Assembly (NCBI GenBank): GCA_965198235.1
Contig: OZ240248.1
Location: forward strand, 2,496,001 to 2,560,000
Length of the DNA stretch: 64,000 bases
Direction of reading: 5' to 3'
Source: Candidatus Poribacteria bacterium
GTDB taxonomy: Bacteria > Poribacteria > WGA-4E > WGA-3G
The notes under the pieces were generated by a model, which was not told the origin of the DNA, made no database searches, and was given only the letters and a program-made list of their open reading frames with translations. Shown one piece after another: positions 31,701-41,823 of this stretch (position 1 is the first letter of the stretch; each line of letters begins with the position of its first letter). Position numbers and translations under genes: made by a program.

Positions 31701-32030
31701 TTACCGACGACGATAGCCCACTTGTTCTGAAAGCGCGTATAATTGCGAATTTTTCATAAAACGGATATCCTGTCCGCGCAGTTTCGATCCATAGCGTTTT
31801 TCCAAAAATCGTATCCGCTCCTGTCGATCCGAAAGCGGCATCGATTTAGGTGCCTGCATCTTTATCAGATCGGCACGCGACAATTTCTTGGGATCTACAG
31901 AGACCTGAGGTCCTTCGTAATAACACTTCGGACACAACGAATAGCGCGGATAACGAAGTCGACCACAGCGGCATCGTGCCGTTCCGTCAGGTCCACCGAG
32001 TACCTCTTTCTGGGTTTGTTCTGTCGCCAT
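31701..32030 (-). CDS. Small basic hypothetical protein with CxC...CxxC possible zinc ribbon
   Basis: CRCG..CPKC; GGAGG RBS before MATEQ; directly follows the GIY-YIG gene. Confidence 0.6.
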   Translation of the reverse strand: MATEQTQKEVLGGPDGTARCRCGRLRYPRYSLCPKCYYEGPQVSVDPKKLSRADLIKMQAPKSMPLSDRQERIRFLEKRYGSKLRGQDIRFMKNSQLYALSEQVGYRRR

Positions 32031-32034
32031 CGGG

Positions 32035-32775
32035 TTACCTCCGGTGGACATCTAAAAACGTGAAGACCTTCTGAATCCGTTGCAACTGCTTTTGAAGTGA
32101 AGCAGCCCGCTCAAATTGCAGTGCCTCCGAGGCTCTATCTCGTTTTGCAACCAGACTTGTCTGCACTTTTTCGTACTCGCCGTCCAGCAGATTGACGATA
32201 TCCATTATCATTTCTCCATAAAGTTCGCGCGTAATGAGTGCGGCGCAAGGCGCCTCGCAGCGTTTCAGGTGGTACTGGAAACAGGCGCGAAATCCTGGAA
32301 TCGGCGTGATTTCCCCTTCACACGTGCGAACTGGGAAGATACGCTGTAAAACATTGATCGCTTCATCCGTCCATCGCCGACTTGACAACGGACCGAAATA
32401 CCGCGCACCATCTGGCTGTGTTTCGGATACTCTTTCAAGGCGCGGAAAAGCCTCTCCGATATCTATCCGAATGAACCAAGATGTCCGTCCAAACTTCAGA
32501 GCGGTGTTATAGGAAGGTTGATATTCTTGGATGAGTCGCGATTCTAAGAAGAGTGCTTCCTGTTCCGAACGACAGATCTGATACCGAACATCTGTTGTCC
32601 ACCGGATAAGCCGTTTGATTTTGTTTGGGCGTCTTTTGGTCTTGTGGAGATAGGAACGGACGCGCTTCCGTAGACATTTCGCCTTGCCGATATAAAGGAT
32701 TTTCCCCGAAGCCCCGCGAAAAAAGTAAACGCCCGGGTCCAAAGGGGCATCGGCTACCATTTCTTGAGTTAGCAT
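32035..32775 (-). CDS. UvrC N-terminal-like GIY-YIG nuclease (Cho-like) with UVR domain
   Basis: PGVYFF..LYIGKAKCLRKRVRSY, EALFLE, YFGP, RTC..C..C.APC and LQFERAA; lacks the RNase H and HhH domains. Confidence 0.85.
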   Translation of the reverse strand: MLTQEMVADAPLDPGVYFFRGASGKILYIGKAKCLRKRVRSYLHKTKRRPNKIKRLIRWTTDVRYQICRSEQEALFLESRLIQEYQPSYNTALKFGRTSWFIRIDIGEAFPRLERVSETQPDGARYFGPLSSRRWTDEAINVLQRIFPVRTCEGEITPIPGFRACFQYHLKRCEAPCAALITRELYGEMIMDIVNLLDGEYEKVQTSLVAKRDRASEALQFERAASLQKQLQRIQKVFTFLDVHRR

Positions 32776-32910
32776 TGTTCAATTCACAGAGTAATGTTTG
32801 CTGTTACACTCTATCATATTTTCCAAAATTATTCAACAGCAAAAACGTAGGCAGAACCTTGACACATTTTTCCCTTTCTGCTAAACTCGTATACAAAGGG
32901 AGGAAGAAAA

Positions 32911-33654
32911 ATGAAACAAATATTTTGGTTTGTTATCATTGGTAGTTTGTGTGTGGCAACAAATCCTCTTTCGGCGGAACTGCTAGACGATGCAGTCGGC
33001 ATCTGGCTTTTTGACGAAGGCAAAGGCGGTGTTGCAGCGGATACATCGGGCAATGGGAACGACGGTGCAATTACTGGCGCGAAGTGGGCAGAAGGCAAAT
33101 TCGGCGGCGCATTGGAATTTGAACCACCCCATGTTGTGACCGTTAAACCCTCTGATAGCATCAATTTCAAAGACCAGATGACCATCGCAACTTGGGTCTA
33201 TATGAATAAAGGTGTTTCCGATACCGCTATTCGACGGAACGGTTCCTACTTACTGGAGGTTCAATCAGCAACCGAGCGCGTACCGGGCGGCTATGTCTTC
33301 GGCATCTGGTCGGGGGGTGGGTTTACCGGTGGCGTGTGGGGAAAAACCGTCATCGACCCCGAAAAATGGTATCACATCGTTGGACTCTACGATGGCAATG
33401 AAATGAAACTTTATGTAGATGGCACGCTTGAATCTGCCGTCAAACAGGGCGGTGATGTAAGTCAGGCAGGTGAGCTACTGTTTGGGACTTTTGGGGGTGA
33501 GAAGTTTATCGGCAGATTGGACGAAATAATCTTCTTTGACCGGGGTATCACGGAAGCAGAGATCGCTGAGTTGATGACAGGTGTGGAAGCTGTCCTGCCT
33601 GTCTCTCCAAACGGTTTGCTGACAACCACTTGGGGACGACTCAAGACGAGGTAG
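32911..33654 (+). CDS. Secreted LamG-like jellyroll protein
   Basis: IWLFDEGKG, GKFGGALEF and WYHIVGLYDG; tail LLTTTWGRLK. Confidence 0.88.
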   Translation: MKQIFWFVIIGSLCVATNPLSAELLDDAVGIWLFDEGKGGVAADTSGNGNDGAITGAKWAEGKFGGALEFEPPHVVTVKPSDSINFKDQMTIATWVYMNKGVSDTAIRRNGSYLLEVQSATERVPGGYVFGIWSGGGFTGGVWGKTVIDPEKWYHIVGLYDGNEMKLYVDGTLESAVKQGGDVSQAGELLFGTFGGEKFIGRLDEIIFFDRGITEAEIAELMTGVEAVLPVSPNGLLTTTWGRLKTR

Positions 33655-33754
33655 TAGAAAACCAGTTTTGCTGTGTGCTTTGTAAGTCTGTCCTTCAGGA
33701 CGCTTTTGCTACTCATGGACGTTTGATTGATAGAAAGGTGAAAAAAGACGCTTT

Positions 33755-34612
33755 ATGCACAATTGGGAACCGACTCCTGACCAAAAAGAGCAATACGAGA
33801 CCGAAGGCTACTTTATCCTCCGGGATGTTATCCCAAAGGACGTGGCGGCGGAACTCCGCGGTGTTATTCGCAACGTTATCATGTTACCCGATCCGGGGAA
33901 ATTCGTCGATTTCGATCCGATGGATCCGATGGACGACTCACCGCAAGGACGCATTGCTCGCTATCGCAAACTCAATAACTTCTGTGTCCAATCCCCGCTG
34001 ATATGGCACAACGTGCATGCTGCTCCGGCAGTACTCAATATCGCACGCTATTTCCTCGGCGACGATATTATCATGAAGTTCAACAGTTGTTTCCTCAAAC
34101 CATCGCACACTGGCAGCGCAACTCCGTGGCACCAAGACAATGGACTCTGGCGCGACGGTGAAACGGAGCCTTTCAACTTCTGGATACCCCTTGAACCCGC
34201 AACCCGGGAAAATGGATGCATGCAATTCATCCCCGGTAGCCACAAAACCGAGATCGTTGAACACGTCTTGTATCCCGATAGCATACACGGTGAACTGCCA
34301 CGGGAAGCCGTTCAGGAGATGATCGAAAAGCACGGTATACATCATATTGAATTGGATCCTGGAGATGTCGTCATTTGGCACAGCAGTATGTGGCACTATA
34401 GTCCGCCGAACAAGAGCGAAAAGAGCCGTATTGCTGTCGCGGGGGTCTATACAAATCTAAAAATTGCCAAGACGAGCAAACGTTTCTGGCACAATTTCCG
34501 ATGGGTGATGAAGAGGGGTGAAGTATGTAAACAATTTCCACCGGAAGCTATTCCAGTGGAAGATGATGCCACTGAAAAACCGAAGCCGTTTCCGCCTGCT
34601 GAGGACTACTAA
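33755..34612 (+). CDS. Phytanoyl-CoA dioxygenase (PhyH) family protein
   Basis: WHQD, PGSH and HYSPPN. Confidence 0.9.
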   Translation: MHNWEPTPDQKEQYETEGYFILRDVIPKDVAAELRGVIRNVIMLPDPGKFVDFDPMDPMDDSPQGRIARYRKLNNFCVQSPLIWHNVHAAPAVLNIARYFLGDDIIMKFNSCFLKPSHTGSATPWHQDNGLWRDGETEPFNFWIPLEPATRENGCMQFIPGSHKTEIVEHVLYPDSIHGELPREAVQEMIEKHGIHHIELDPGDVVIWHSSMWHYSPPNKSEKSRIAVAGVYTNLKIAKTSKRFWHNFRWVMKRGEVCKQFPPEAIPVEDDATEKPKPFPPAEDY

Positions 34613-34615
34613 CCA

Positions 34616-34800
34616 ATGGCATTGAAGAAGCCAAATATCGTTGTCTATCTGTCTGACGATCACGGTTGGGAATACCTCGGTTGTTATGGAAACCCACAGA
34701 TCCAAACCCCACATCTCGATGGTCTCGCTGAGGAGGGAATCCGTTTTACACATGCGTTCACACCGACACCGACATGTGCCCCGTCTCGCTCCACCCTTTA
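34616..34800 (+). pseudogene. Sulfatase, N-terminal fragment
   Basis: KPNIVVYLSDDHG...TPHLD...CAPSR (CxPxR); ends at the IS left end. Confidence 0.85.
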
Positions 34801-34989
34801 TCAATCTTCCCGCCAAGACCCCATGCTTTAGCTTGCGGGATGTAGGCAGGCATTATGTTTTACAATAAAAAAGGTTGACTTTAAGATATAATTATAGTAT
34901 CACGTTGGCAGACATGACAAGCGTAATCGCAAGGTTACGTGTCTGCCTACCGACTTGTTAGGGGTTAAAGACGTGATACGTGAAACCTT

Positions 34990-36093
34990 ATGCACACTTA
35001 CAAATATCAGTTTGAACACCAATCTAACACGATCCGTCTTGGCAATCTGCTTGACGATATGCACCAAGTGCATGTCTATTTCCACTTGTGGCAACGTCAG
35101 CGATATAAAGACGGATTGCCGCATGCGAACTATCACGCGATGTCTGCTCACTTGACGGTGTTGAAAAAGACGACGCATCGGCATTGGAATGCTTTGCCGA
35201 GTCAAGCAATCCAATGTGAGTTGAAACGTATTGATAGAGCCTATCAACGCTTTTTAAATAAACTTGGGGGTAGACCCCATATCAAGCCGAAGCATAAGTT
35301 TAAATCTATAACCTTCCCAGGGCAGTCTGGCTGGAAGATACAAGATAATCGTATCACAATAACTTTTAGAGAATGGGATCCTGATAGCCGTAAATGGAAC
35401 CCTAAGCGAACCCCTTACTCATTTTACAAACACCGCGATTGGCACGGTAATATCAATCGAATAACAATAAAGCGTGATAACTGTGGTGATTATTGGCTCT
35501 GTATTACCACAGATTTTGTGGATACCGAAATCTTACCGACAACAGGTCAGAGCGTTGGGGCAGACTTCGGTATGGACACTTACTTGACACTCAACACAGG
35601 TGAGAAGATACACCACCCGCAACCTTTGAAACACTCCTTGAACGAACTTCGGAAACTCAATAAGGCACTGAGCCGTAAGGTCAAAGGTTCTGGTAATTGG
35701 TGGCGTGCTGTCAGAGCACTCGCACGGCTCTACCGAAAAATAGCGAATCAACGTAAGGATTGGCATTGGAAACTTGCTACCTATTTCTGTCGGAAGTTTG
35801 ATACCATCGCTACCGAGACGCTGAACCTTGATGGCATGAAACGTCTGTGGGGTCGTAAGGTCTCTGACCTTGCTTTTTACCAGTTTGTTGAGATATTGAA
35901 GTATAAGTGTATCAAACATGGACGTGAGTTCCGTCAAGTCGGGCAATGGACAGCGACAACGAAACCTTGCTCTGATTGTGGCTATCACAACAACAATGTT
36001 TCTCTCTCTGATAGGCAATGGATATGTCCTGAATGTGGTTCTCACCACGACAGAGACATCAACGCTGCGATAAACATTTTGAGGCTTGCTTAG
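34990..36093 (+). CDS. tnpB: RNA-guided endonuclease TnpB
   Basis: RuvC-I GADFG, RuvC-II ETLNL, zinc finger CSDCG/CPECG and RuvC-III HDRDINAAINI. Confidence 0.95.
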   Translation: MHTYKYQFEHQSNTIRLGNLLDDMHQVHVYFHLWQRQRYKDGLPHANYHAMSAHLTVLKKTTHRHWNALPSQAIQCELKRIDRAYQRFLNKLGGRPHIKPKHKFKSITFPGQSGWKIQDNRITITFREWDPDSRKWNPKRTPYSFYKHRDWHGNINRITIKRDNCGDYWLCITTDFVDTEILPTTGQSVGADFGMDTYLTLNTGEKIHHPQPLKHSLNELRKLNKALSRKVKGSGNWWRAVRALARLYRKIANQRKDWHWKLATYFCRKFDTIATETLNLDGMKRLWGRKVSDLAFYQFVEILKYKCIKHGREFRQVGQWTATTKPCSDCGYHNNNVSLSDRQWICPECGSHHDRDINAAINILRLA

Positions 36094-36184
36094 AACGCCT
36101 CTGTGGAGCAGACATAAGCCCTTCCTCGGAAGGCAAACTGCTACGAAGCACAAGTCCCACGCTTTAGCGTGTGGGTGCTATGAC
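36089..36184 (+). ncRNA. Putative omegaRNA scaffold of TnpB
   Basis: Conserved right-end region after tnpB, ending GCTATGAC. Confidence 0.65.
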
Positions 36185-36364
36185 CTCACCCAACATCACC
36201 CTGTAGAGGAATTATATGATGTGACGGCGGATCCGTATGAGTTCAACAATTTGGCTTTCAGTGCGGAAATGCGCCCAATTCTTGAAGAAATGCGCGCCGA
36301 TGTCCGGCACTGGATGCACTCACAAAACGATGAAGGGAGACGTGAAACATGCAATCTAAACTGA
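36185..36364 (+). pseudogene. Sulfatase, C-terminal fragment
   Basis: HHPVEELYDVTADPYEFNNLA motif. Confidence 0.85.
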
Positions 36365-36993
36365 TGAACAATTGGATTGTAAACCTGAGATCGCCATTTT
36401 CGAGTAAGGCTGATTTAGCAGGTTTCTCAGTTCTATGCGCCGTTATTATTTTCTTCTGCCTTGCGTGTGGCAATGCAGAACGAACGACCCACATTGTAAC
36501 AGCACCGGAGGACGCAGCTCAAAAACTCCCTATGGGCGAAGGGTTGGACCTCGGCGCACTCGCCCCCGGATTCTCGCTTCCAGATGGTGATGGGGAATTC
36601 CATAGTCTTTCAGAGTATCGCGGACAGAAACTTGTTATTGTTTTTTACCGCACCGGCACATGAGGCGACTGCCGAACGCAACTCGGTGAGTTGCAGGAAG
36701 GTTATGAAAACATTCAAGCCGAAGGTGCCGAACTGATCGCTATCAGTTCTGATCCGATAGCGACTGTTAATTCAACACAGCAGACGCTTCAAATTGCCTA
36801 TCTCTTGCTCTCGGATGAAAAAACTAAGACAATAGAGGCTTATAATGTTGTTGACCCGAGTGAAATCGAGGTAGCACGTCCAGTGGTCTATATTGTTAAT
36901 CAGGATGGTAACATCGCGTGGAAATACCTTGATGCCAGGAGTGGTAAACGTATCGGTCCTGAACCAATACTTGCACAGTTGAAGAAATTTTAG
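36349..36993 (+). CDS. AhpC/TSA (peroxiredoxin-like) lipoprotein, predicted selenoprotein (UxxC)
   Basis: ORFs 36349-36663 and 36691-36993 are in frame: APGFSLPD..VFYRTGT-U-GDCRTQLGELQ..LIAISSD..ARPVVYIV; hairpin GCAACTC-GGT-GAGTTGC after the UGA. Confidence 0.88.
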
Positions 36994-37009
36994 GAGGAGT
37001 CTTTTAATA

Positions 37010-37822
37010 ATGATTGACGTTTGCTATTTTGCTGATGAAGTTTCTAAAACCGATTTTGAGGAAGCCATTAAACTCGGTGTTGAAGCCGGGGCAAATACCG
37101 TCGAAATCCGCGGCGGTGTTTGGGGAAAACACGTGACCGAGATTGACGATGACGATGTGAAACGTGTTCAAGATGTGCTTGGTGCTTATAATGTCCGTGT
37201 TGCGAGTGTCGGATCGCCCTTCGGTAAATGCTCTATTGACGATTCTCAGGAGTACGAACAGCATCAACGACACTTTGATCGGATGGTGACCTTGGCACAC
37301 GCATTTGATACCCAAGTCATTCGAGGATTTACGTTTTGGAATCCAAATCGTCGGACGAAAGGCGCGCCGCGCCCGGATATTAACGACTATATGGAACGCA
37401 TCGTCGAGAAACTCTCGCTTGTCGTTCCGGTTGCAGAGCGCGCGAACGTTACGCTGTGCTTTGAAAACGAGAGTGCCTGTCTCGCCGGAACCTGTGAAGA
37501 GACGCGTGCTGTCATCAATGCGCTCGGAAATAGTCCCGCCCTCACCTCGTGCTGGGATGTCAATAACGGTCTACACTGTGGAGAAAATCCCTTGCCGGAT
37601 GGGTACACCCATATTAAGGGGTTGGTGCGGCATGTCCATGTGAAACCGAACAGTGAGAAAAACCTTGATCCGATTGGTGACACGGAATTGCACTATAAAC
37701 AGGTGTTGGAAGTGCTCGTCGCTGATGGATTCACGGGCGCAGCGAGTATTGAACATTGGGGACAACCAGAAGATATGTTGAAGGGTGTGCGGCAACTGCG
37801 TGCCTTAGTTGATGCCATATAA
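37010..37822 (+). CDS. Sugar phosphate isomerase/epimerase (AP endonuclease 2 TIM barrel)
   Basis: FADE, FENE, WD..N, HVHVK and SIEH motifs. Confidence 0.85.
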   Translation: MIDVCYFADEVSKTDFEEAIKLGVEAGANTVEIRGGVWGKHVTEIDDDDVKRVQDVLGAYNVRVASVGSPFGKCSIDDSQEYEQHQRHFDRMVTLAHAFDTQVIRGFTFWNPNRRTKGAPRPDINDYMERIVEKLSLVVPVAERANVTLCFENESACLAGTCEETRAVINALGNSPALTSCWDVNNGLHCGENPLPDGYTHIKGLVRHVHVKPNSEKNLDPIGDTELHYKQVLEVLVADGFTGAASIEHWGQPEDMLKGVRQLRALVDAI

Positions 37823-37847
37823 CTGCTTATGGATAAAGGAGAACACA

Positions 37848-38834
37848 ATGCAACTGAAGCCGGATGCACCGCAATTAACTTGGCAGGGGGCTGTCTCCCT
37901 ACAGAAAACCGAGGACTGGGTGATGCCGTGGCGCACACCACACCCGATGCATGTCCTATTCCCAGAGCCGTTACTTGAACGCTCAGCGATGCCCGCAGGC
38001 GTTCGCATCAGTTTTCGGAGCAATACGACGCGGATTTCAGGTAATATCGTGCCACAGAACGAAAGCGGGATGCTTGATCTCTGTTGTGATGGTGAAGTCG
38101 TAGTCTCGCTTGACCTGACTCAGAAAGACAGTTTCACTTTTGAAGGGTTGTCCGATGGGGAAAAATTGATTGAGTTGTGGCTGCCGCAATTCGGAATGTT
38201 TCAACTTCGCAGCTTAGAAGTAGATGATGGCGTAACACTGCGACCATTCGCCGACGCTCGACCCCGGTGGGTGACTTATGGGAGCTCTATCACACAGTGC
38301 CGGACAGCGGCATCGCCGACACAAACATGGCCCGCAATTGTCGCACGTGAACATGGGCTAAATTTAACCTGTCTCGGTTACGGTGGACAGTGCCATCTCG
38401 ATGCAATGGTGGCACGGATGATCCGCGATCTGCCGGCTGATTATATCTCGATGTGTCTCGGCATTAACATCCAAGGAGCATCCAGTTTAGGACCGCGAGC
38501 GTTTCGTCCCGCAATTATCGGGGCAGTCCAGGTTGTCCGTGAGAAACATCCGGATATACCACTTGTGCTAATGTCCCCGATCTACTCTCCACCGAGGGAA
38601 GAAAATCCAAACGCCGTAGGGTTTCATCTCAGGGGTATGCGTGAAGAGGTGCAAGCCGCTGCCGAGGCTCTTCAATCACACGGTGATCGGCACATCCATT
38701 ACGTTGACGGGTTGAGTGTGTTTGGGTCTGATTATGAACATCTGCTCCCAGATGCCCTGCATCCGGATGCGGAGGGCTACCGGGTTATGGGCAAGAATTT
38801 CATAACTGAGGTGGCTGAGAAATTTTTTGTATGA
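37848..38834 (+). CDS. SGNH/GDSL hydrolase
   Basis: YGSSITQ, LGYGG, LGIN and DALHP. Confidence 0.88.
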   Translation: MQLKPDAPQLTWQGAVSLQKTEDWVMPWRTPHPMHVLFPEPLLERSAMPAGVRISFRSNTTRISGNIVPQNESGMLDLCCDGEVVVSLDLTQKDSFTFEGLSDGEKLIELWLPQFGMFQLRSLEVDDGVTLRPFADARPRWVTYGSSITQCRTAASPTQTWPAIVAREHGLNLTCLGYGGQCHLDAMVARMIRDLPADYISMCLGINIQGASSLGPRAFRPAIIGAVQVVREKHPDIPLVLMSPIYSPPREENPNAVGFHLRGMREEVQAAAEALQSHGDRHIHYVDGLSVFGSDYEHLLPDALHPDAEGYRVMGKNFITEVAEKFFV

Positions 38835-38896
38835 ATAAAGAAGGGCGGGAACATTTTCCCGCCCAGATCTCTTTGTCGTTAAGAACGGACTGGCGT

Positions 38897-39655
38897 CTAT
38901 TGGGCTTTCAATGTCGCCCACGTCGTCGCTAACTTACCTTTCGACGAAACGTCTAACGCAGCCTCCCAGCCTTCCTCGGCGAGGAGTTGAATGTCCTCTT
39001 CTTCTAACGCCACACCTTTTTTGGTGACGAAAACCTCATCTAATCCACCAACGAGATTTTCACTGCCCCAGCCACCGAACTTCAGAATAGCTGGACTGTC
39101 CATAGTCGCGCCGACATTCCGTTCTGTCTCCTTTTTACCGTTCACGTACAACGAGATGACCCCTTTTTTACGAACAGCGACGGTATGATGCCAACCCTTT
39201 CCGACAATATCGGTTTTACCGTCGTCAATGTGTTGTCCGCCTCCCTCGAAAATAAAGAAACCGGTGTCTCTGTCGATACTTGAACTCATCGCCCAGAATC
39301 CGGCACCGCCGTTCCGTTTGATGATGACGTAGGCATCTTTATTGTCCGAGTTCATCCAACATCCGACAGTAAAATCATCATCCTCAAAGTTGAAAAGGTC
39401 GTTATGCTCAATAACGACATATTTCGGGCTTCCATCAAATTCCAATGCTTTGCCGAACTTTCCATTTATCCATTTGGGTCCGTCAAATTCCCCATCGTTC
39501 CCGTTCTCAGTAAAATCTTTAACAGCTTGTCCTTTACCTTCATCAAAAAGCCAGATGCCAGCAAAGTCGTCGATGTTAATTTCGGCAGTGCCAAGCGAGA
39601 TAATGATGAGGCTGAGGCAGATGCTACACAGTATTGTGAGCCCACGAAATTTCAT
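38897..39655 (-). CDS. Secreted LamG-like jellyroll protein
   Basis: IWLFDEGKG, GKFGKALEFDG and WHH; tail GKLATTWATLK. Confidence 0.88.
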   Translation of the reverse strand: MKFRGLTILCSICLSLIIISLGTAEINIDDFAGIWLFDEGKGQAVKDFTENGNDGEFDGPKWINGKFGKALEFDGSPKYVVIEHNDLFNFEDDDFTVGCWMNSDNKDAYVIIKRNGGAGFWAMSSSIDRDTGFFIFEGGGQHIDDGKTDIVGKGWHHTVAVRKKGVISLYVNGKKETERNVGATMDSPAILKFGGWGSENLVGGLDEVFVTKKGVALEEEDIQLLAEEGWEAALDVSSKGKLATTWATLKAQ

Positions 39656-39657
39656 GT

Positions 39658-40716
39658 CTATCCTCCTATCTCCACAGCGTTTCCGGTCTCTGCGGAAGCG
39701 TAAATAGCGTCGGTTATTTTCTGAACAACAAGGGCTTTTTCCAAACTCGTTGAAGGCTGTCGGTTTTCTCGGATGGCGGCAGCGAAATCAGACAACGGCG
39801 TGCTGTGTTCTGTTTCAGATATTTCATCTGCTTTTACGAGAGTTGTAGACACCACGCCGTCTTTTGTTGTGGGACGATTATAGATGACGGTTTCCGGTTT
39901 TCCGTCCTGCATATTCAGTTTCAGGGAACCTTCTGTGCCGATAATCTCCCAATCTGCGTGCGAATGCATCGTCATGAATTCACCGCGTTCCACGCTTAGC
40001 ACAATATCGCCCTCACAACGGATAATTGCAGTATAGTGCGTTTCAGCATCGGAGCCAGGGGCGATATGCGATTCAAACACCTCAGGCACGGTCCACGTTT
40101 GCGCAAATACGGTTTGTGGCTTGAGTTGCCACCCTGTAATACCGAGCAGATAGTCGAGGTCATAGCATCCCCAGTTGACAAGGATGCCACCACCGTTGAG
40201 GGCTTTAATCAACCGCCAGGCGGGACGTGGTGTGTCCGGTTCTTTCCTCGCCCCTACGATGGCGCGGCAGTGGACGGTACGGAGCTCTCCCAGACCACCC
40301 ATCGTGATAAGCTCCGTTGCAAGCCGAGCGGATGCCGTGAAACGCTTCCGTGAGGAACAGCATCCTGAGATTAAGTCACCCCGTGCAGCGATGAGTTGTT
40401 CAACCTCAGCGGCGTTCATCGCGATCGGTTTTTCAATCAGCACATGCTTGCCTCTTTCAAATGCGCGCAAGGCGACTGCGGTCCGGTATTGCGTAGGAAA
40501 CGCGAGGACAACTGCTTCGACATCATCATCGTTGAGCATATCAACGTCGTTGCTATACATTTTGGGGGGATTGAAACGTTCAGTCGCACTTGTTCTGTTT
40601 GCTTCGATGAGGTCCGCTGCAGCAACTAACTCAATATGTGATGCCTCTGATGCGATACTGAGGTGCCTGCTTCCGATCACACCGCACCCAATTACGCCTA
40701 CTTTTACGGGTGTCAT
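39658..40716 (-). CDS. Gfo/Idh/MocA family oxidoreductase
   Basis: VGVIGCGVIG, HVLIEKP and GGGIL. Confidence 0.9.
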   Translation of the reverse strand: MTPVKVGVIGCGVIGSRHLSIASEASHIELVAAADLIEANRTSATERFNPPKMYSNDVDMLNDDDVEAVVLAFPTQYRTAVALRAFERGKHVLIEKPIAMNAAEVEQLIAARGDLISGCCSSRKRFTASARLATELITMGGLGELRTVHCRAIVGARKEPDTPRPAWRLIKALNGGGILVNWGCYDLDYLLGITGWQLKPQTVFAQTWTVPEVFESHIAPGSDAETHYTAIIRCEGDIVLSVERGEFMTMHSHADWEIIGTEGSLKLNMQDGKPETVIYNRPTTKDGVVSTTLVKADEISETEHSTPLSDFAAAIRENRQPSTSLEKALVVQKITDAIYASAETGNAVEIGG

Positions 40717-40961
40717 ACTTTTGGTAGCAAATTTCTGGCTTGCAGAAAAGCCCTTTCTCAAGATGAAGTCTAAGCGACAGGAGCAATTCCTGATCACTAC
40801 CCACAGTTGGAATTAAGCCCAAACTTATTTGTTTAGTATGGCATAGACAGGAATTGATGTCAAAGAAATTGTGGGTAGGTTCACACGGGGCAGCAAAATT
40901 TACGGCGGGGAAAGATGGGCGAATCTACAGAATCCGCCCTATCAAAGGAGAGTGTGTTACT

Positions 40962-41750
40962 TTAGAGTGAAGATTTGATTTGCGCCCAACGGGTCGCGAG
41001 TTTGCCCAGCGGTTGTACGGGAAGACCCTCCGCTTCAAAGATTTGTTCAACTTCGTCTGCTGAAAGAGCTTTACTGTAAATCATGACTTCGTCGATGATA
41101 CCTACAAAGCCGCCATCGCCTGCTTTACCAATTTCGGTTTCTGAACCACCGGTTGTCATAGGTCCGTTGTAGTTTTGTTCTTTCTCTAATTCACCATCAA
41201 CATAGAGTTGCATCTTTTTCTTATTAACAATGCCCACCATGTGGTGCCATTCGCCTTTTTTGAAAGTAGCAGCACCGAACCCGCCATCGCCTTGCCATCC
41301 GGGTGTGACAATGAATTCCATTTCCTGTCCGGCATTTCTACCATCAAAACGTAACGCCCAACCGTTGATATCGCGCTGCGCTACAATCGTCCCGCAACAT
41401 CCAGCGACAACACCTTTGACAGGACTATCGCTGTCAGCATTCACCCAGGCGACAACGCTCATCTCTTCTGCACCGGCGAATTCTAATGAAGCGGTGCCCG
41501 GAATATGGACGAAATTCTCGCCGCTGAATTCAAGTGCCTTTCCGACTTTGCCTGGAACGGGTTTCGGGTTCCCATCGAGTTCGCCATCGTTGTCGCCTAA
41601 AACATCCTCAACGACACCACCAGCAATAGTGCCTTCATCAAAGGGCCAGTAGCTAACTACACCATCTAATGGAAGTTGAGCGGACGTTAAAGGGGCAACT
41701 ACAAAGAGGCTCGCAATGAATAGGATTGACACTGATGTTCTTAGTAACAT
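40962..41750 (-). CDS. Secreted LamG-like jellyroll protein
   Basis: YWPFDEG, GKVGKALEF and IIDEVMIY; tail GKLATRWAQIK. Confidence 0.88.
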   Translation of the reverse strand: MLLRTSVSILFIASLFVVAPLTSAQLPLDGVVSYWPFDEGTIAGGVVEDVLGDNDGELDGNPKPVPGKVGKALEFSGENFVHIPGTASLEFAGAEEMSVVAWVNADSDSPVKGVVAGCCGTIVAQRDINGWALRFDGRNAGQEMEFIVTPGWQGDGGFGAATFKKGEWHHMVGIVNKKKMQLYVDGELEKEQNYNGPMTTGGSETEIGKAGDGGFVGIIDEVMIYSKALSADEVEQIFEAEGLPVQPLGKLATRWAQIKSSL

Positions 41751-41823
41751 GTAATTTCATCTCCTCGTATTTAGGTTCAGAAAAAGGCGGGTAAGGGCAA
41801 GCATCACCCGCCTATTGATTGGA

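Larger units (their letters stand above)
34801..36184 (+). mobile_element. IS200/IS605 family (IS1341-type, tnpB only) element; coordinates include the TCAAT target
   Basis: Subterminal hairpins at both ends, shared with 24603-24987; tnpB inside; no tnpA. Confidence 0.9.

Noticed and set aside
30665-36993. Genome-wide UGA reassignment (code 4/25) or nonsense mutations explaining the in-frame TGAs
   Set aside because: Ordinary genes end at TGA (e.g. 12419, 14678, 19500); the internal TGAs fall exactly on CxxC positions and have downstream hairpins.
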